Shown one piece after another: positions 20,269 to 30,355 of a stretch of DNA of 64,000 bases. Source of the stretch: an uncultured Bacilli bacterium (lineage in GTDB: Bacteria; Bacillota_I; Bacilli_A; RF39; UBA660); NCBI GenBank assembly GCA_934130005.1, contig CAKOXD010000001.1, forward strand, positions 78,897-142,896, read 5' to 3'. The notes under the pieces are model-generated. The model did no database searches. It had not been told where the DNA came from and saw only the letters and a list, made by a program, of their open reading frames with translations. Every line of letters begins with the position of its first letter. Position 1 is the first letter of the stretch. Made by a program: the position numbers and the translations under genes.

Positions 20269-22014
20269 CTAATTTCTTATTTTAATATGTACTTCTCTTA
20301 ATTGTTTTTCATCAATAATGCTTGGAGAACCCATCATTTTATCTTCTCCACTAGCTAATGCTGGGAATGTAATTACTTCTCTTAAATTTGTTTCATCTTT
20401 TAAAAGCATTAACATTCTCTCAATTCCAGGAGCCATTCCTGCATGTGGTGGTGCTCCAAATTGGAAAGCATTATATAAAGCTCCAAATCTTTCTTTTACT
20501 ACTTCTTTATCATATCCTACTAAGCTAAATGCTTTTTCTAGGCACTCTACATCATGATTACGAACAGCTCCACTTGCCATTTCATATCCATTACATACAA
20601 AGTCAAATTGATATGCTTTAATATCATCTAAATTATCACTTTCTAAAGCCTTAATTCCACCTTGTGGCATACTAAATGGATTATGTCCAAAATCATATTT
20701 CTTTTCTTCTTCATTATATTCAAACATAGGGAAATCATTAACTATGCAGAATTCATATCTGTTTTTATCTATTAAATCTAATTTATTTCCTAAATGAGTT
20801 CTAATTAACCCTGCATTTTTAATAGCAACATTTTTATCTCTATCAGCTATAAAGAAGATAACTGAATTTTCTTTTAATGAAGCTTTTTCAATTAAATCTT
20901 TTTTATTTTCTTCTGTTAAGAATTTATCAATGGGTCCTTTAAATGTATTATCTTCTAATAGTGATAAATATCCAATACCAGGCATTCCGATTGTTTTAGC
21001 ATAATCTACTATTTCATTAAACCAACTATTTGATTTTAAAGCAATATCATCTACCTTAATACCTTTTACATTAACTCCTCTAAATGGTTTAAATTCAGAT
21101 TCTTTAAAGATTTCACTTAAATCTATTATTGTAAGTGGATTTCTTAAATCAGGTTTATCAGTTCCATATTTTTCCATAGCTTCACTATAAGGTATTCTTC
21201 TAAATGGTCTTTTTGAAACTTCTTTTTTGCTAAAGTGAGTAAATGTATCATAGAAAATTTCTTCACCTACATTATACACATCATCTTCTTCAACAAAACT
21301 CATTTCAAAATCTAATTGATAAAATTCTAGTGCTCTATCAGCTCTTGTATCTTCATCTCTAAAACAAGGTGCGATTTGATAGTATTTTGAGAAACCTGAA
21401 CACATTAATAATTGTTTAAATTGTTGAGGTGCTTGTGGTAATGCATAAAATTTTCCTTTGAATTTACGTGATGGAATTATAAAATCTCTTGCTCCTTCTG
21501 GACTTGATGCTGTCATAATTGGTGTTTGAACTTCAGTAAATTCTAGTGAATCCATTTTGTTTCTTAGATATTTTAAAAGTTCTGCTCTAAATTTAGTCAT
21601 ATTATGTACTTTTTCATTTCTAAGATCTAAGTATCTATATTTTAATCTAACTTCTTCATTTACATCTTTAGATGTCATAATTTCAAATGGAAGATTATGT
21701 TTTGCTTTTCCAAGTACTTCTAGACTATCTACAAGTATTTCTATTTTTCCAGTTTTAATTCTTTCATTATAATCATCTTCACTTCTTTTTCTTACAGTTC
21801 CACTAAGAGTTATTGCTGATTCTTTTGTAAGTCCTTCAAATATAGAATCATCATTACTTACTACTTGAACTGTTCCATATTCATCTCTAACATCTACAAA
21901 TATAACTCCACCATGATCTCTTATATTTTCAATCCATCCAGCAATTCTAACTTTTTTACTGTCCATTTCTTCAGTTATTTGACCACAATATATTGTACGA
22001 TATTTATTTTCCAT
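20269..22014 (-). CDS. aspS: Aspartate--tRNA ligase, bacterial type with GAD insertion
   Basis: 581 aa. An N-terminal OB fold is present. Class II motifs FRDEDTRADR and GAPPHAGMAPGIERM are present. Confidence 0.95.
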   Translation of the reverse strand: MENKYRTIYCGQITEEMDSKKVRIAGWIENIRDHGGVIFVDVRDEYGTVQVVSNDDSIFEGLTKESAITLSGTVRKRSEDDYNERIKTGKIEILVDSLEVLGKAKHNLPFEIMTSKDVNEEVRLKYRYLDLRNEKVHNMTKFRAELLKYLRNKMDSLEFTEVQTPIMTASSPEGARDFIIPSRKFKGKFYALPQAPQQFKQLLMCSGFSKYYQIAPCFRDEDTRADRALEFYQLDFEMSFVEEDDVYNVGEEIFYDTFTHFSKKEVSKRPFRRIPYSEAMEKYGTDKPDLRNPLTIIDLSEIFKESEFKPFRGVNVKGIKVDDIALKSNSWFNEIVDYAKTIGMPGIGYLSLLEDNTFKGPIDKFLTEENKKDLIEKASLKENSVIFFIADRDKNVAIKNAGLIRTHLGNKLDLIDKNRYEFCIVNDFPMFEYNEEEKKYDFGHNPFSMPQGGIKALESDNLDDIKAYQFDFVCNGYEMASGAVRNHDVECLEKAFSLVGYDKEVVKERFGALYNAFQFGAPPHAGMAPGIERMLMLLKDETNLREVITFPALASGEDKMMGSPSIIDEKQLREVHIKIRN

Positions 22015-22016
22015 AA

Positions 22017-23480
22017 TTACCTCTTTTCTATTTCTTCTATGATCATACTTCTTGTCATAGCAGGATTTGCTTGTCCTCTTGTTTTTTTCATTACTTGACC
22101 TACTAAGAAATCAACTATATTTGTTCTACCATTTTTATATTGTTCTATAGAAGCTGGTTGTTCAGTTAATACTTCATTAATAACACTTAATATAGCACCT
22201 TCATCACTATTTTGTTTTAAACCTTTTTCTTCTACTATTTTAGTTGGTTCTTTTTCTTCAGTTAATGCAATATATAATACCTCTTTTGCTTGTTTGCTTG
22301 AAATATCTTTATTATCTACTAATTTGATTAAATCAACTAACATATTTGGTCTTAAAAATATATCATTTATATTTAAATCAAATTTATTTAAATGACCTAG
22401 TATTACACTTGTAATCCAGTTTGAACTTGCTTTTGGATTTGCACCTAATTTAATTGTTTCTTCATAATAATCAGCTACATCTTTTTCTTTTACAAGTATT
22501 TTAGCATCATATTCACTTATTCCATAACTATTTATATATTTTTCTTTTCTTTCATTTGCAAGTTCAGGAATAGATTTTCTAATTTCATCTAACCATTCTT
22601 TTGTTATTTTATATTTTGGAATATTTGGTTCTACAAAGTATTTATAATCAATAGCATCTACTTTACTTCTCATACGTATTGTAGTACCAGATTCTTCATC
22701 CCATCTTCTTGTTTCTTGAACTACAACTTCGTCATAATTTCCATCTTCTTTTGCATCCATTTGTCTTTCTATTTCAAAATTAATTGCATCTCTTACTCCA
22801 CCAAATGAATTGACATTTTTTATTTCAACTTTTGTTCCCCAATTATTAATATCTTCTGGATCTAAATTTTTATCCATTATTGAAACATTAACATCACATC
22901 TTATTTGACCTTTTTTGCTATCAGCTTCACTTATTCCAGCATATTGATAAATACTTCTCATAGTCTCTAAAAAAGATACTGCTTCATCTGCTGAATGAAA
23001 GCATGGTTCAGTAACAAGTTCAAGAAGTGGAACACCAGCTCTATTATAGTTAATTAATGTAGATGAACCTATATGTTCACTTGCTGCTGCATCTTCTTCT
23101 AGATGAAGATTATTAATCAAAGCAGTTTTCATCTCTCCATTACATTCATATTCAAGTTTTCCATATATACCAACTGGTGCTGGTTTAGTTTCTTGAGTAA
23201 TCTGAAATCCTTTTGGAAGATCTGGATAATAGTAATTTTTTCTTTCAAAATACATATATTCTGGTTGTTTACAATTTAAAATCATAGATGCCATAAGAGA
23301 TTTTTTTACTGCTTCTTTATTAACAACTGGAAGTGTTCCAGGAAACGCCATATCAACTGGTCTTATATTTGAGTTAGGAAGTTCTGTATACCCATTTCTA
23401 GCACTTGAAAATACTTTTGATTTAGTTTCACTAATCTCACAGTGCATTTCAAGTCCAATCATTACTAAATAGTTATCCAT
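22017..23480 (-). CDS. gatB: Asp/Glu-tRNA amidotransferase subunit B
   Basis: 487 aa. GatB motifs IGLEMHCE and NRAGVPLLE are present. Confidence 0.95.
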   Translation of the reverse strand: MDNYLVMIGLEMHCEISETKSKVFSSARNGYTELPNSNIRPVDMAFPGTLPVVNKEAVKKSLMASMILNCKQPEYMYFERKNYYYPDLPKGFQITQETKPAPVGIYGKLEYECNGEMKTALINNLHLEEDAAASEHIGSSTLINYNRAGVPLLELVTEPCFHSADEAVSFLETMRSIYQYAGISEADSKKGQIRCDVNVSIMDKNLDPEDINNWGTKVEIKNVNSFGGVRDAINFEIERQMDAKEDGNYDEVVVQETRRWDEESGTTIRMRSKVDAIDYKYFVEPNIPKYKITKEWLDEIRKSIPELANERKEKYINSYGISEYDAKILVKEKDVADYYEETIKLGANPKASSNWITSVILGHLNKFDLNINDIFLRPNMLVDLIKLVDNKDISSKQAKEVLYIALTEEKEPTKIVEEKGLKQNSDEGAILSVINEVLTEQPASIEQYKNGRTNIVDFLVGQVMKKTRGQANPAMTRSMIIEEIEKR

Positions 23481-24934
23481 TATTTAACCTCCTTTGCTAT
23501 TTGGTTTTTATAGTTCATTTTACTTTCTAGTGCATACGCAATATTAAGTACTGTTTGATCATTATAACAATTACCAGTAATATTTAAAGCAACTGGAAGA
23601 TTATCTATAAATCCATCTGGTATTGTAATTGATGGAAATCCACCAAAGTTTCCAACTTGTAAATGTTCTTCTAGGGCTGCTGTATTATCATCTAGTATAT
23701 CTTTTGATCCATCTAAATGTTTTGCAGGTCCACTACCAACTGGTAATATTACAGCATCATATTTTTGATAAAGCTTCTTCCATTCATCAACTAATAATCT
23801 TCTAACCCTTTGTGCATTATAGAAATATCTATCTTTATTTTGCTTTTGAAGTACATATGAACCAATTACAAATCTTCTTTTAATAAGTGGTGAAAATCCT
23901 TTTGTTCTATGATTTTTCATTTGTTCAATATATGTATTTCCTTCTCCCCTTGGACCAAAAATAAATCCTGTTAAATTAGACATATTGCTTGTAGCTTCAG
24001 CACATGAAATAACTACATAAACACTAGGTAGTGCATTAAGAAGTGTTTTATCAACAGATACTGCGTCAACTTCCATTCCAAGTTCTTTGCAAAGTTCTAA
24101 TTTCTCTTTGAAATTTTCTAAATGTTCTTTAAGCTCCTTACTTGCATTTGGATAATTTTCTATATCACATATTTCTTTTATATAACATAATTTTTTACCT
24201 TTAACATCTTTATTTAAATCTTTATATAAATTTATTTTGCTTGAATCCCAACTAGTCATATCATATTTGTCGATTCCTTTCATATTATCAACAACAATTG
24301 CAGCATCTTCTACACATCTTGATAATACACCTAAATGATCTAGGCTTGATGCAAAAGCAAATAATCCATATCTAGAAATCATTCCATATGTTGGTTTATA
24401 TCCGACAATTCCACAATATGCAGCCGGTTTTCTAATAGAGTCACCTGTATCTGATCCTGTTGCATAAGGATAGACTCCAGCAGCTACAGCACAAGCAGAT
24501 CCAGCACTTGATCCAGCACACATACGAGTTTTATCCCATGGGTTTCTAACAATACCAGTATGACCAGTTGTTCCAGTTCCTCCCATTCCAAATTCATCCA
24601 TTACAGTTTTATTAACCATAACAGCATTTGCACGTTTTAAATTTTCTATTGCAGTTGCATCAAAAAATGGTACATAATCTTTTAATGTATTTGATGAACC
24701 TGTAGATAAAATACCTTTGGTTGAATAATTATCTTTAACTCCATAAGGAATTCCGGATAATAAGTTATCTGTGACAATATCACCTTTAGCATCATCTAAA
24801 ATAGTAACAAATGCATTATATTTATCTTGTACTTCATGAGATTTTTTAAGTGATTCTTTTACAAGTTCATCACTAGTTACTTTTTTATTTACTAAATCTT
24901 CATGTAATTCTTTAATTGTTTTTTCCATATACAT
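23480..24934 (-). CDS. gatA: Asp/Glu-tRNA amidotransferase subunit A (amidase)
   Basis: Amidase signature GGSSAGSA and the GxSxG region are present. The start is likely the ATG at 24932-24934, 1 nt after the gatC stop and with an AAGGTGGTGGG ribosome-binding site. The ORF track extends to 24985. Confidence 0.9.
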   Translation of the reverse strand: MYMEKTIKELHEDLVNKKVTSDELVKESLKKSHEVQDKYNAFVTILDDAKGDIVTDNLLSGIPYGVKDNYSTKGILSTGSSNTLKDYVPFFDATAIENLKRANAVMVNKTVMDEFGMGGTGTTGHTGIVRNPWDKTRMCAGSSAGSACAVAAGVYPYATGSDTGDSIRKPAAYCGIVGYKPTYGMISRYGLFAFASSLDHLGVLSRCVEDAAIVVDNMKGIDKYDMTSWDSSKINLYKDLNKDVKGKKLCYIKEICDIENYPNASKELKEHLENFKEKLELCKELGMEVDAVSVDKTLLNALPSVYVVISCAEATSNMSNLTGFIFGPRGEGNTYIEQMKNHRTKGFSPLIKRRFVIGSYVLQKQNKDRYFYNAQRVRRLLVDEWKKLYQKYDAVILPVGSGPAKHLDGSKDILDDNTAALEEHLQVGNFGGFPSITIPDGFIDNLPVALNITGNCYNDQTVLNIAYALESKMNYKNQIAKEVK

Positions 24935-24935
24935 A

Positions 24936-25229
24936 TTATCCCACCACCTTTGGTACTTCAACTTCTCTATCTGTACAAACATCACAGTTAGAAAGTAAAT
25001 CTTCTATATCAATTGATTCTTCTACTTCATCTTCTCTAAGTTCAAACTCAAAATCATCTAAACAATGTGTCATTGGTTCTACTTGACTTATATTTGGTAT
25101 CTCGTTTATTAAATCGATATTTTTATCAATTATTTCAAATTCATCTAATACCATTTGATTTTCTTCTTCTGTTAAACCGATTAAAAGCTTTTCTGCATAA
25201 TCGTCTACCATTTCTTTAGTAAATTTCAT
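24936..25229 (-). CDS. gatC: Asp/Glu-tRNA amidotransferase subunit C
   Basis: 97 aa, acidic. It is first in a gatCAB arrangement. Confidence 0.8.
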   Translation of the reverse strand: MKFTKEMVDDYAEKLLIGLTEEENQMVLDEFEIIDKNIDLINEIPNISQVEPMTHCLDDFEFELREDEVEESIDIEDLLSNCDVCTDREVEVPKVVG

Positions 25230-25245
25230 ATAATCACCCTTTCAA

Positions 25246-25457
25246 TATAAAAAAGGATAGTACCTAAGGAGTGCTTATGCACGGTACCATCCTTTTATTT
25301 TCTTAATTAAATAACGGTATCAACCGAATATTCCTACTAATTTCAGAATATCAACTCCATGGTGTTTTTCATATTAAGCTTTTCTGTTAGTTCTCACTAT
25401 CCTAACTCACTTTTAGACAGTTTTTAATATTACTCTCCACTTCCCTGTTTTTAAAAC
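25246..25457 (-). ncRNA. T-box riboswitch leader of the gatCAB-aspS operon
   Basis: On the minus strand, the T-box sequence AAAAGGATGGTACCGTG (25280-25296) overlaps a 10-bp terminator helix, GGATGGTACC...GGTACTATCC, followed by a T-run. Stem I is upstream and carries AGUGAG motifs. Candidate specifier triplets AAC or GAU lie in the GUGAGAACUAACAG segment. Confidence 0.65.
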
Positions 25458-25463
25458 ATAATT

Positions 25464-25492
25464 ATTGTATCAATTTTATTATAAAATGTCAA
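25464..25492 (-). promoter_or_regulatory. Consensus sigma-A promoter for the T-box/gatCAB transcript
   Basis: On the minus strand, TTGACA (25487-25492) is followed by a 17-nt spacer and then TACAAT (25464-25469). Confidence 0.6.
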
Positions 25493-25493
25493 T

Positions 25494-26549
25494 TTATTTT
25501 AGATTTATTGTTTTCAAAATATTATTATAATAATTTGTACAAATTTTATTATTGTCTTCACTTACTACTCTATATTCAAAAACATAAACTTTATTATCTT
25601 TTGTAGTTGTTAAAACATAATTTGTTCCAAATGAATTTTGATATATAAAATTATCCCATTGGATATTATTTATAGTATCAACTTTTACATCATTTACTTT
25701 ATAGTATTCTGCCATTTCCTTTATTAGTTTATTAGAATTCGTATACTGAAGAACACTATTTAATGAAAATTTACAATCATTTATTCCATCATTATATTCA
25801 TATTCAAGACCTGAATTATCATTCATAAATCCTTCTTTAAAATTATTGGGAATTGTAATACTTAATTTATCTAATATGTTTATACTTGTATCATACGTTA
25901 GACTACCATCATATTTTTTTGAAGTATTATATTCTATATTAATATTATTTGTATTTTCTATATTATTATTAATATCATTTTTATTTAAGTTATCTTTAAT
26001 TACTTTAAATACTGACATATTTATAGCACTAACTAATATAGAAATTAAAATAATCATTAAAATCATTTTTATAAAACTCGTTCCACCTTTTTTATGACAT
26101 ATTTTTATTAACTCTTCTTCACTTTTATTAATTTTTTTTATTTTCATTATCTCTTTATAACTTTTTTCTAAGTAATATTTATTTATAAATATTCCAAGTA
26201 GTACTGATATTATAAATGTTATAAAAATTGTTATATAAATAATTATATTATTATTAAAACAATTATAAGCAGTTAAAAGTAAAGTTATTATAAAACATAT
26301 TATAAATCCTAGTCCATACATTTTTCTATATAATAAATAATATCCATTAAATAAAAAAGCTGGTATTGAAAATTTTCCTTTTAATATTTTTTCTTGATTC
26401 TTTTTTATATATGCAATTAATAAATTTGTATCTGATACTTCATATTTAACTATATTATTATTTGTATCTATATTACTTTGAACATTTATATTTTCTATAT
26501 TATTTTGATCATTTTTAATATTTACATCATTATTTATACTGTTATTCAT
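25494..26549 (-). CDS. Hypothetical membrane protein (DUF2628-like region)
   Basis: 351 aa. An Asn-rich low-complexity N-terminus is followed by a PAFLFNGYYLLYRKMY motif, then 3-4 transmembrane segments and a C-terminal domain. Confidence 0.45.
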   Translation of the reverse strand: MNNSINNDVNIKNDQNNIENINVQSNIDTNNNIVKYEVSDTNLLIAYIKKNQEKILKGKFSIPAFLFNGYYLLYRKMYGLGFIICFIITLLLTAYNCFNNNIIIYITIFITFIISVLLGIFINKYYLEKSYKEIMKIKKINKSEEELIKICHKKGGTSFIKMILMIILISILVSAINMSVFKVIKDNLNKNDINNNIENTNNINIEYNTSKKYDGSLTYDTSINILDKLSITIPNNFKEGFMNDNSGLEYEYNDGINDCKFSLNSVLQYTNSNKLIKEMAEYYKVNDVKVDTINNIQWDNFIYQNSFGTNYVLTTTKDNKVYVFEYRVVSEDNNKICTNYYNNILKTINLK

Positions 26550-26623
26550 AATAACCTCCTATTATTCTATAATTATATAATACTATTTTTTTTAATTTCA
26601 GTAAAGTAAAAATTAAAAACAAA

Positions 26624-27232
26624 TCAAAAGATTTGTTTCATTCTATATTTATTTATTATTCTTTGTTCTTTTTTAAGAATTTTTTCTTTGTTACTTTTCA
26701 ATTCTTGAAAAGCTTTTTTCTCATTAAGTGTTAAAATACTTTCTAACATGGTATCTTGTTCTATTTTTTCTAAATCTCTAAATATATCAAATTGAGACTC
26801 ATTTTTTTCTTCTTTTGTTATATTATATTTTTCTTTTATAATATCATAATATTTATCTATTTCTATTATATTGTCATCTATTTTTATTAAATTTATTTTG
26901 CTTAATGCATTATACATTTGTGAAGCTAATATAATTTTTTTAGGTAAAAATTCTATAAATTCACTTCTTAATGATACTATATCAAATCCATCTTTTAATA
27001 TATAATATTTTTTACCATTTTCATCTTTACTTAAAAAATATATTGCATTACTTTCATTTACTTCAAATGAAAAATCAATTGTATTATTTAATCTTTCTAA
27101 ATTATAGTCAATTGCTTCTATAAATTTATAAATACTATTTGCTGTTAATACCATATTTGATTCACTACTATATATATAATTATATAAAAGAGCTAATGAA
27201 ATAATATCTTTATTAATTAGTTTACTTTTCAT
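26624..27232 (-). CDS. Hypothetical protein
   Basis: 202-aa ORF with no motif recognised. Confidence 0.4.
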   Translation of the reverse strand: MKSKLINKDIISLALLYNYIYSSESNMVLTANSIYKFIEAIDYNLERLNNTIDFSFEVNESNAIYFLSKDENGKKYYILKDGFDIVSLRSEFIEFLPKKIILASQMYNALSKINLIKIDDNIIEIDKYYDIIKEKYNITKEEKNESQFDIFRDLEKIEQDTMLESILTLNEKKAFQELKSNKEKILKKEQRIINKYRMKQIF

Positions 27233-27261
27233 AAATTTACTCCTTTATTAATACTCAATTT

Positions 27262-27338
27262 TGGTGATCCGTATGGGATTCGGACCCATGAATGTAGCCT
27301 TGAGAGGGCTATGTGTTAAACCACTTCACCAACGGACC
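27262..27338 (-). tRNA. tRNA-Glu (anticodon CUC)
   Basis: GGTCCGTTGGTGAAGTGGTTTAACAC...TAGCC-CTCTCAA-GGCTA...GGTCCGAATCC...ACGGATCACCA. It lies directly downstream of gltX. Confidence 0.8.
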
Positions 27339-27423
27339 ATAAATCACATATCAATATTATCATTAATATGTGAATTTTTCAATATATTTTTTATATTTAT
27401 AATTTCTAAATATTTAGGTTATT

Positions 27424-29076
27424 TTAAATTAAACTTATTCTCTTCTTTATTCTTTCTTTTCCTAGTAATTTTAATATTTCATATAAATCAGGAGTCATAC
27501 TTGAAGTTGTAACAGCAACTCTAATTACTGTTGAGACATCCGCAACATTTCCTTTAAATTTATTGGGATTTTCTTTGTATTCTTTCATATTTGATGCATA
27601 GCCTAATTCTTCCGATAGTTCTTTTACCTTATTAAACCAAGTATCTTTATCATCATCGTCACTATAATATTTATTTATATATGTATTTAATATCAATTTT
27701 ATTTCTTCTTTATCTTTTATATTTAAAAAATCATATTCTTTTTCTTCTTTTTCAAATAATTCATCATACATATACCATATTTGTGGTTTTATGGCTTTAT
27801 AATTTTCATAATCTTTTCTAGGCTTTTTTTGTTCTCTTTCTATATTTAAAATGTTTGTTGTATATTCTTCATATTTAGAGATTAAATCAAAGAATTCTTT
27901 ATCATATTTTTTTGACCAATTATACAAATCACTATATACTTCTTTAGCACTCATTTTGCTTATAATATTTTTAGATATATTATTTAGTTTTTCTATATCA
28001 TATAAAGCCCCACCGCTAGATGACATTTTTTTTGGTGAAAAAGGAAATTCTAGATATGATTTTTCTGGATTTTTATCATGCCATTCTTCATAATTAGAAT
28101 TAATTATTGTCATTAATGATTCAATAACGGCTAAAGTTGGATATCCATTTTCTTCATAATAACTCATTGTTGCTTCTGGATCTTTTCTTTTACTTAATTT
28201 TCTTACACTATTTCCTTCTTTTTTAACAATTAATGGTGTATGAATGTATTTAGGAGGCTTTGCATCAAATGCTTTAAAAAGTTCTATATGAATTGGTACT
28301 GATGGTAACCATTCTTCCCCTCTTACAACATGTGTTGTTCCCATTAAATAGTCATCTACAAAATGAGCAAAATGATATGTTGGAAGTCTATCACTTGATT
28401 TCATTATTACTATGTCTTGATCATTTTCTGGAAGTGATAATGTACCTCTTACTAAATCTTCAAGAAAAAATCTTTTTTCATTATCCCCAAGTGATTTAAA
28501 TCTAATAACATATTCTTCTCCATTTTTTATTTTTTCTATTTTTTCTTCTATACTTAAATTTCTACATTTAGCATATCTTCCATAATATCCAATTCTTGCT
28601 TTATACTTTTCTTGTTTTTTTCTTATTTCTTCTACTTCTTCTTTTGTACAAAAACAAGGATAGGCTCTATCAATTTCGATTAAATATTTAATAAATGTAT
28701 GATATATTTCTTTTCTTTCACTTTGAATATATGGACCATAATTTCCTACTATTTTACCTTCATATTCGTATTCATCAGGTTTTACACCATAATGATTTAA
28801 TGTTTTCATTATAAGTTCAACAGCTTCTTTTACTTCTCTTTTTTGATCTGTATCTTCATTTCTTAAATAAAATATACCATTACTATTTTTAGCTAAAACG
28901 TAATCAATTATTGCTTGATAAAATCCACCTAAATGCATAAAACCTGTTGGGGATGGAGCAAAACGAGTTACTTTTTCTCCTTCATTTAAATTTCTTTTTG
29001 GATAAATATTTTTATAATCTTCTATTGTTTTTGTAACGTCTGGAAATATTATATTAGCTAAATCTTTATTTGTCAT
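27424..29076 (-). CDS. gltX: Glutamate--tRNA ligase
   Basis: Class I HIGH-region motif RFAPSPTGFMHLGG and a KLSKRK (KMSKS) motif are present. 550 aa. Confidence 0.85.
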   Translation of the reverse strand: MTNKDLANIIFPDVTKTIEDYKNIYPKRNLNEGEKVTRFAPSPTGFMHLGGFYQAIIDYVLAKNSNGIFYLRNEDTDQKREVKEAVELIMKTLNHYGVKPDEYEYEGKIVGNYGPYIQSERKEIYHTFIKYLIEIDRAYPCFCTKEEVEEIRKKQEKYKARIGYYGRYAKCRNLSIEEKIEKIKNGEEYVIRFKSLGDNEKRFFLEDLVRGTLSLPENDQDIVIMKSSDRLPTYHFAHFVDDYLMGTTHVVRGEEWLPSVPIHIELFKAFDAKPPKYIHTPLIVKKEGNSVRKLSKRKDPEATMSYYEENGYPTLAVIESLMTIINSNYEEWHDKNPEKSYLEFPFSPKKMSSSGGALYDIEKLNNISKNIISKMSAKEVYSDLYNWSKKYDKEFFDLISKYEEYTTNILNIEREQKKPRKDYENYKAIKPQIWYMYDELFEKEEKEYDFLNIKDKEEIKLILNTYINKYYSDDDDKDTWFNKVKELSEELGYASNMKEYKENPNKFKGNVADVSTVIRVAVTTSSMTPDLYEILKLLGKERIKKRISLI

Positions 29077-29182
29077 AATTTCACATCCTTAATAAACCTA
29101 ATTAATTATAACATTTTTTTTATATTTTGTATATTATAAAGTTGACAAAAAATAAACATATTTAAATAAATTTTTGTTAATT

Positions 29183-29221
29183 AAAAAAGGATACATTTGA
29201 CTTATAAATCAGATGTATTCC
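29183..29221 (-). terminator. Rho-independent terminator after the alcohol dehydrogenase gene
   Basis: On the minus strand, GGAATACATCTGA-loop-TCAAATGTATCC is followed by TTTTTT. Confidence 0.55.
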
Positions 29222-29239
29222 TCTACTAGATATGATTTT

Positions 29240-30262
29240 TTATTTATTTGGATCTACTATTACTTTTATTAATTCACTTTTTCCACTTGATAATTCTTCA
29301 TACACTTCTTGTACTTCTTCAAGAGTTATAGTTTTAGATAAAAATTTCAACACATCTATTTGTTTATTACTCATAAGTTCTATACAAGTTTCGAATTCTT
29401 CTTTAGTATATGCGATTGCCCCTTTTATAGTTATTTCTCTTAATACAGCAACTACACTTGGTATTGTTATTGGCATTGGTGATACACCAACCAATATAAT
29501 TGTTCCACCAGGTTTTACAGCCATTAAAGATGTTGATACCGCACTAGAATTACCACAACACTCTATAATTATATCAAATCCATCTTTTATTTTTTTATTA
29601 ATATTAGTTATTATATTTTGGTCAGCTTTAAAATACTCATCGCATACACCAAGCTTTATAGCATTTTTTCCTCTTTTATCATTTGCTTCAGAAATAGCTA
29701 CATAACTTGCTCCTTCTAACTTTGCAAACATAGCAGCTCCTAATCCTATTATTCCGCCACCTATTATCAAAACTTTATCTCCAACTTTTATATTTGCTAG
29801 ATGTATTGCATGAAGTGATACTGCAGTTGGTTCTACCATAGCAACTTCTTCATCAGTTACATTTGTTGGTACCTTTATTACCATATCACTTCTTACATTT
29901 ATTTTACTAGTTAATCCACCAGGATTATTAATTGAAAGTCCTAATGCTTGATTCCAAGTTTCACTACAATATTGACTATTACCATTTAAACATGCATAAC
30001 AGTGACCACATGGACTTATAGGAAGAGCTGTTACTCTATCACCTTTTTTTAAATCACTTCTATCAGCTGGTTCTATTACTGTTCCACAAAACTCATGTCC
30101 CATTACTAATCCTTTTGGATTACCTAAATCAAAATTATGAATATCAGAGCCACATATTCCAGTTTTCTTTACAGCTATCATTACTTTATTTTTTTCTACT
30201 TGAGGTTCTTCTATATCTTTTATTTCAAATTTCTTTACATCTTTTATTGCAACACATTTCAT
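29240..30262 (-). CDS. Zn-dependent alcohol dehydrogenase (MDR family, threonine/sorbitol-DH-like)
   Basis: GHEFCGTV catalytic-zinc motif, CGHCYAC structural-zinc motif and GGGIIGLGAA Rossmann motif are present. Confidence 0.85.
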   Translation of the reverse strand: MKCVAIKDVKKFEIKDIEEPQVEKNKVMIAVKKTGICGSDIHNFDLGNPKGLVMGHEFCGTVIEPADRSDLKKGDRVTALPISPCGHCYACLNGNSQYCSETWNQALGLSINNPGGLTSKINVRSDMVIKVPTNVTDEEVAMVEPTAVSLHAIHLANIKVGDKVLIIGGGIIGLGAAMFAKLEGASYVAISEANDKRGKNAIKLGVCDEYFKADQNIITNINKKIKDGFDIIIECCGNSSAVSTSLMAVKPGGTIILVGVSPMPITIPSVVAVLREITIKGAIAYTKEEFETCIELMSNKQIDVLKFLSKTITLEEVQEVYEELSSGKSELIKVIVDPNK

Positions 30263-30355
30263 ATTATCCCTACTTTCTAATTTATTATATCACGTATAAC
30301 ATTAAACATAAAGTTTTAATATTAACTATTAAAAAAAAGTGAAAAAATTCACTTT

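Noticed and set aside
24936-24985. 50-nt overlap between gatC and the gatA ORF as listed, considered as a frameshift
   Set aside because: An internal ATG at 24932-24934 is preceded by AAGGTGGTGGG and lies 1 nt after the gatC stop. That gives a normal GatA N-terminus, so the overlap is an ORF-caller artefact.
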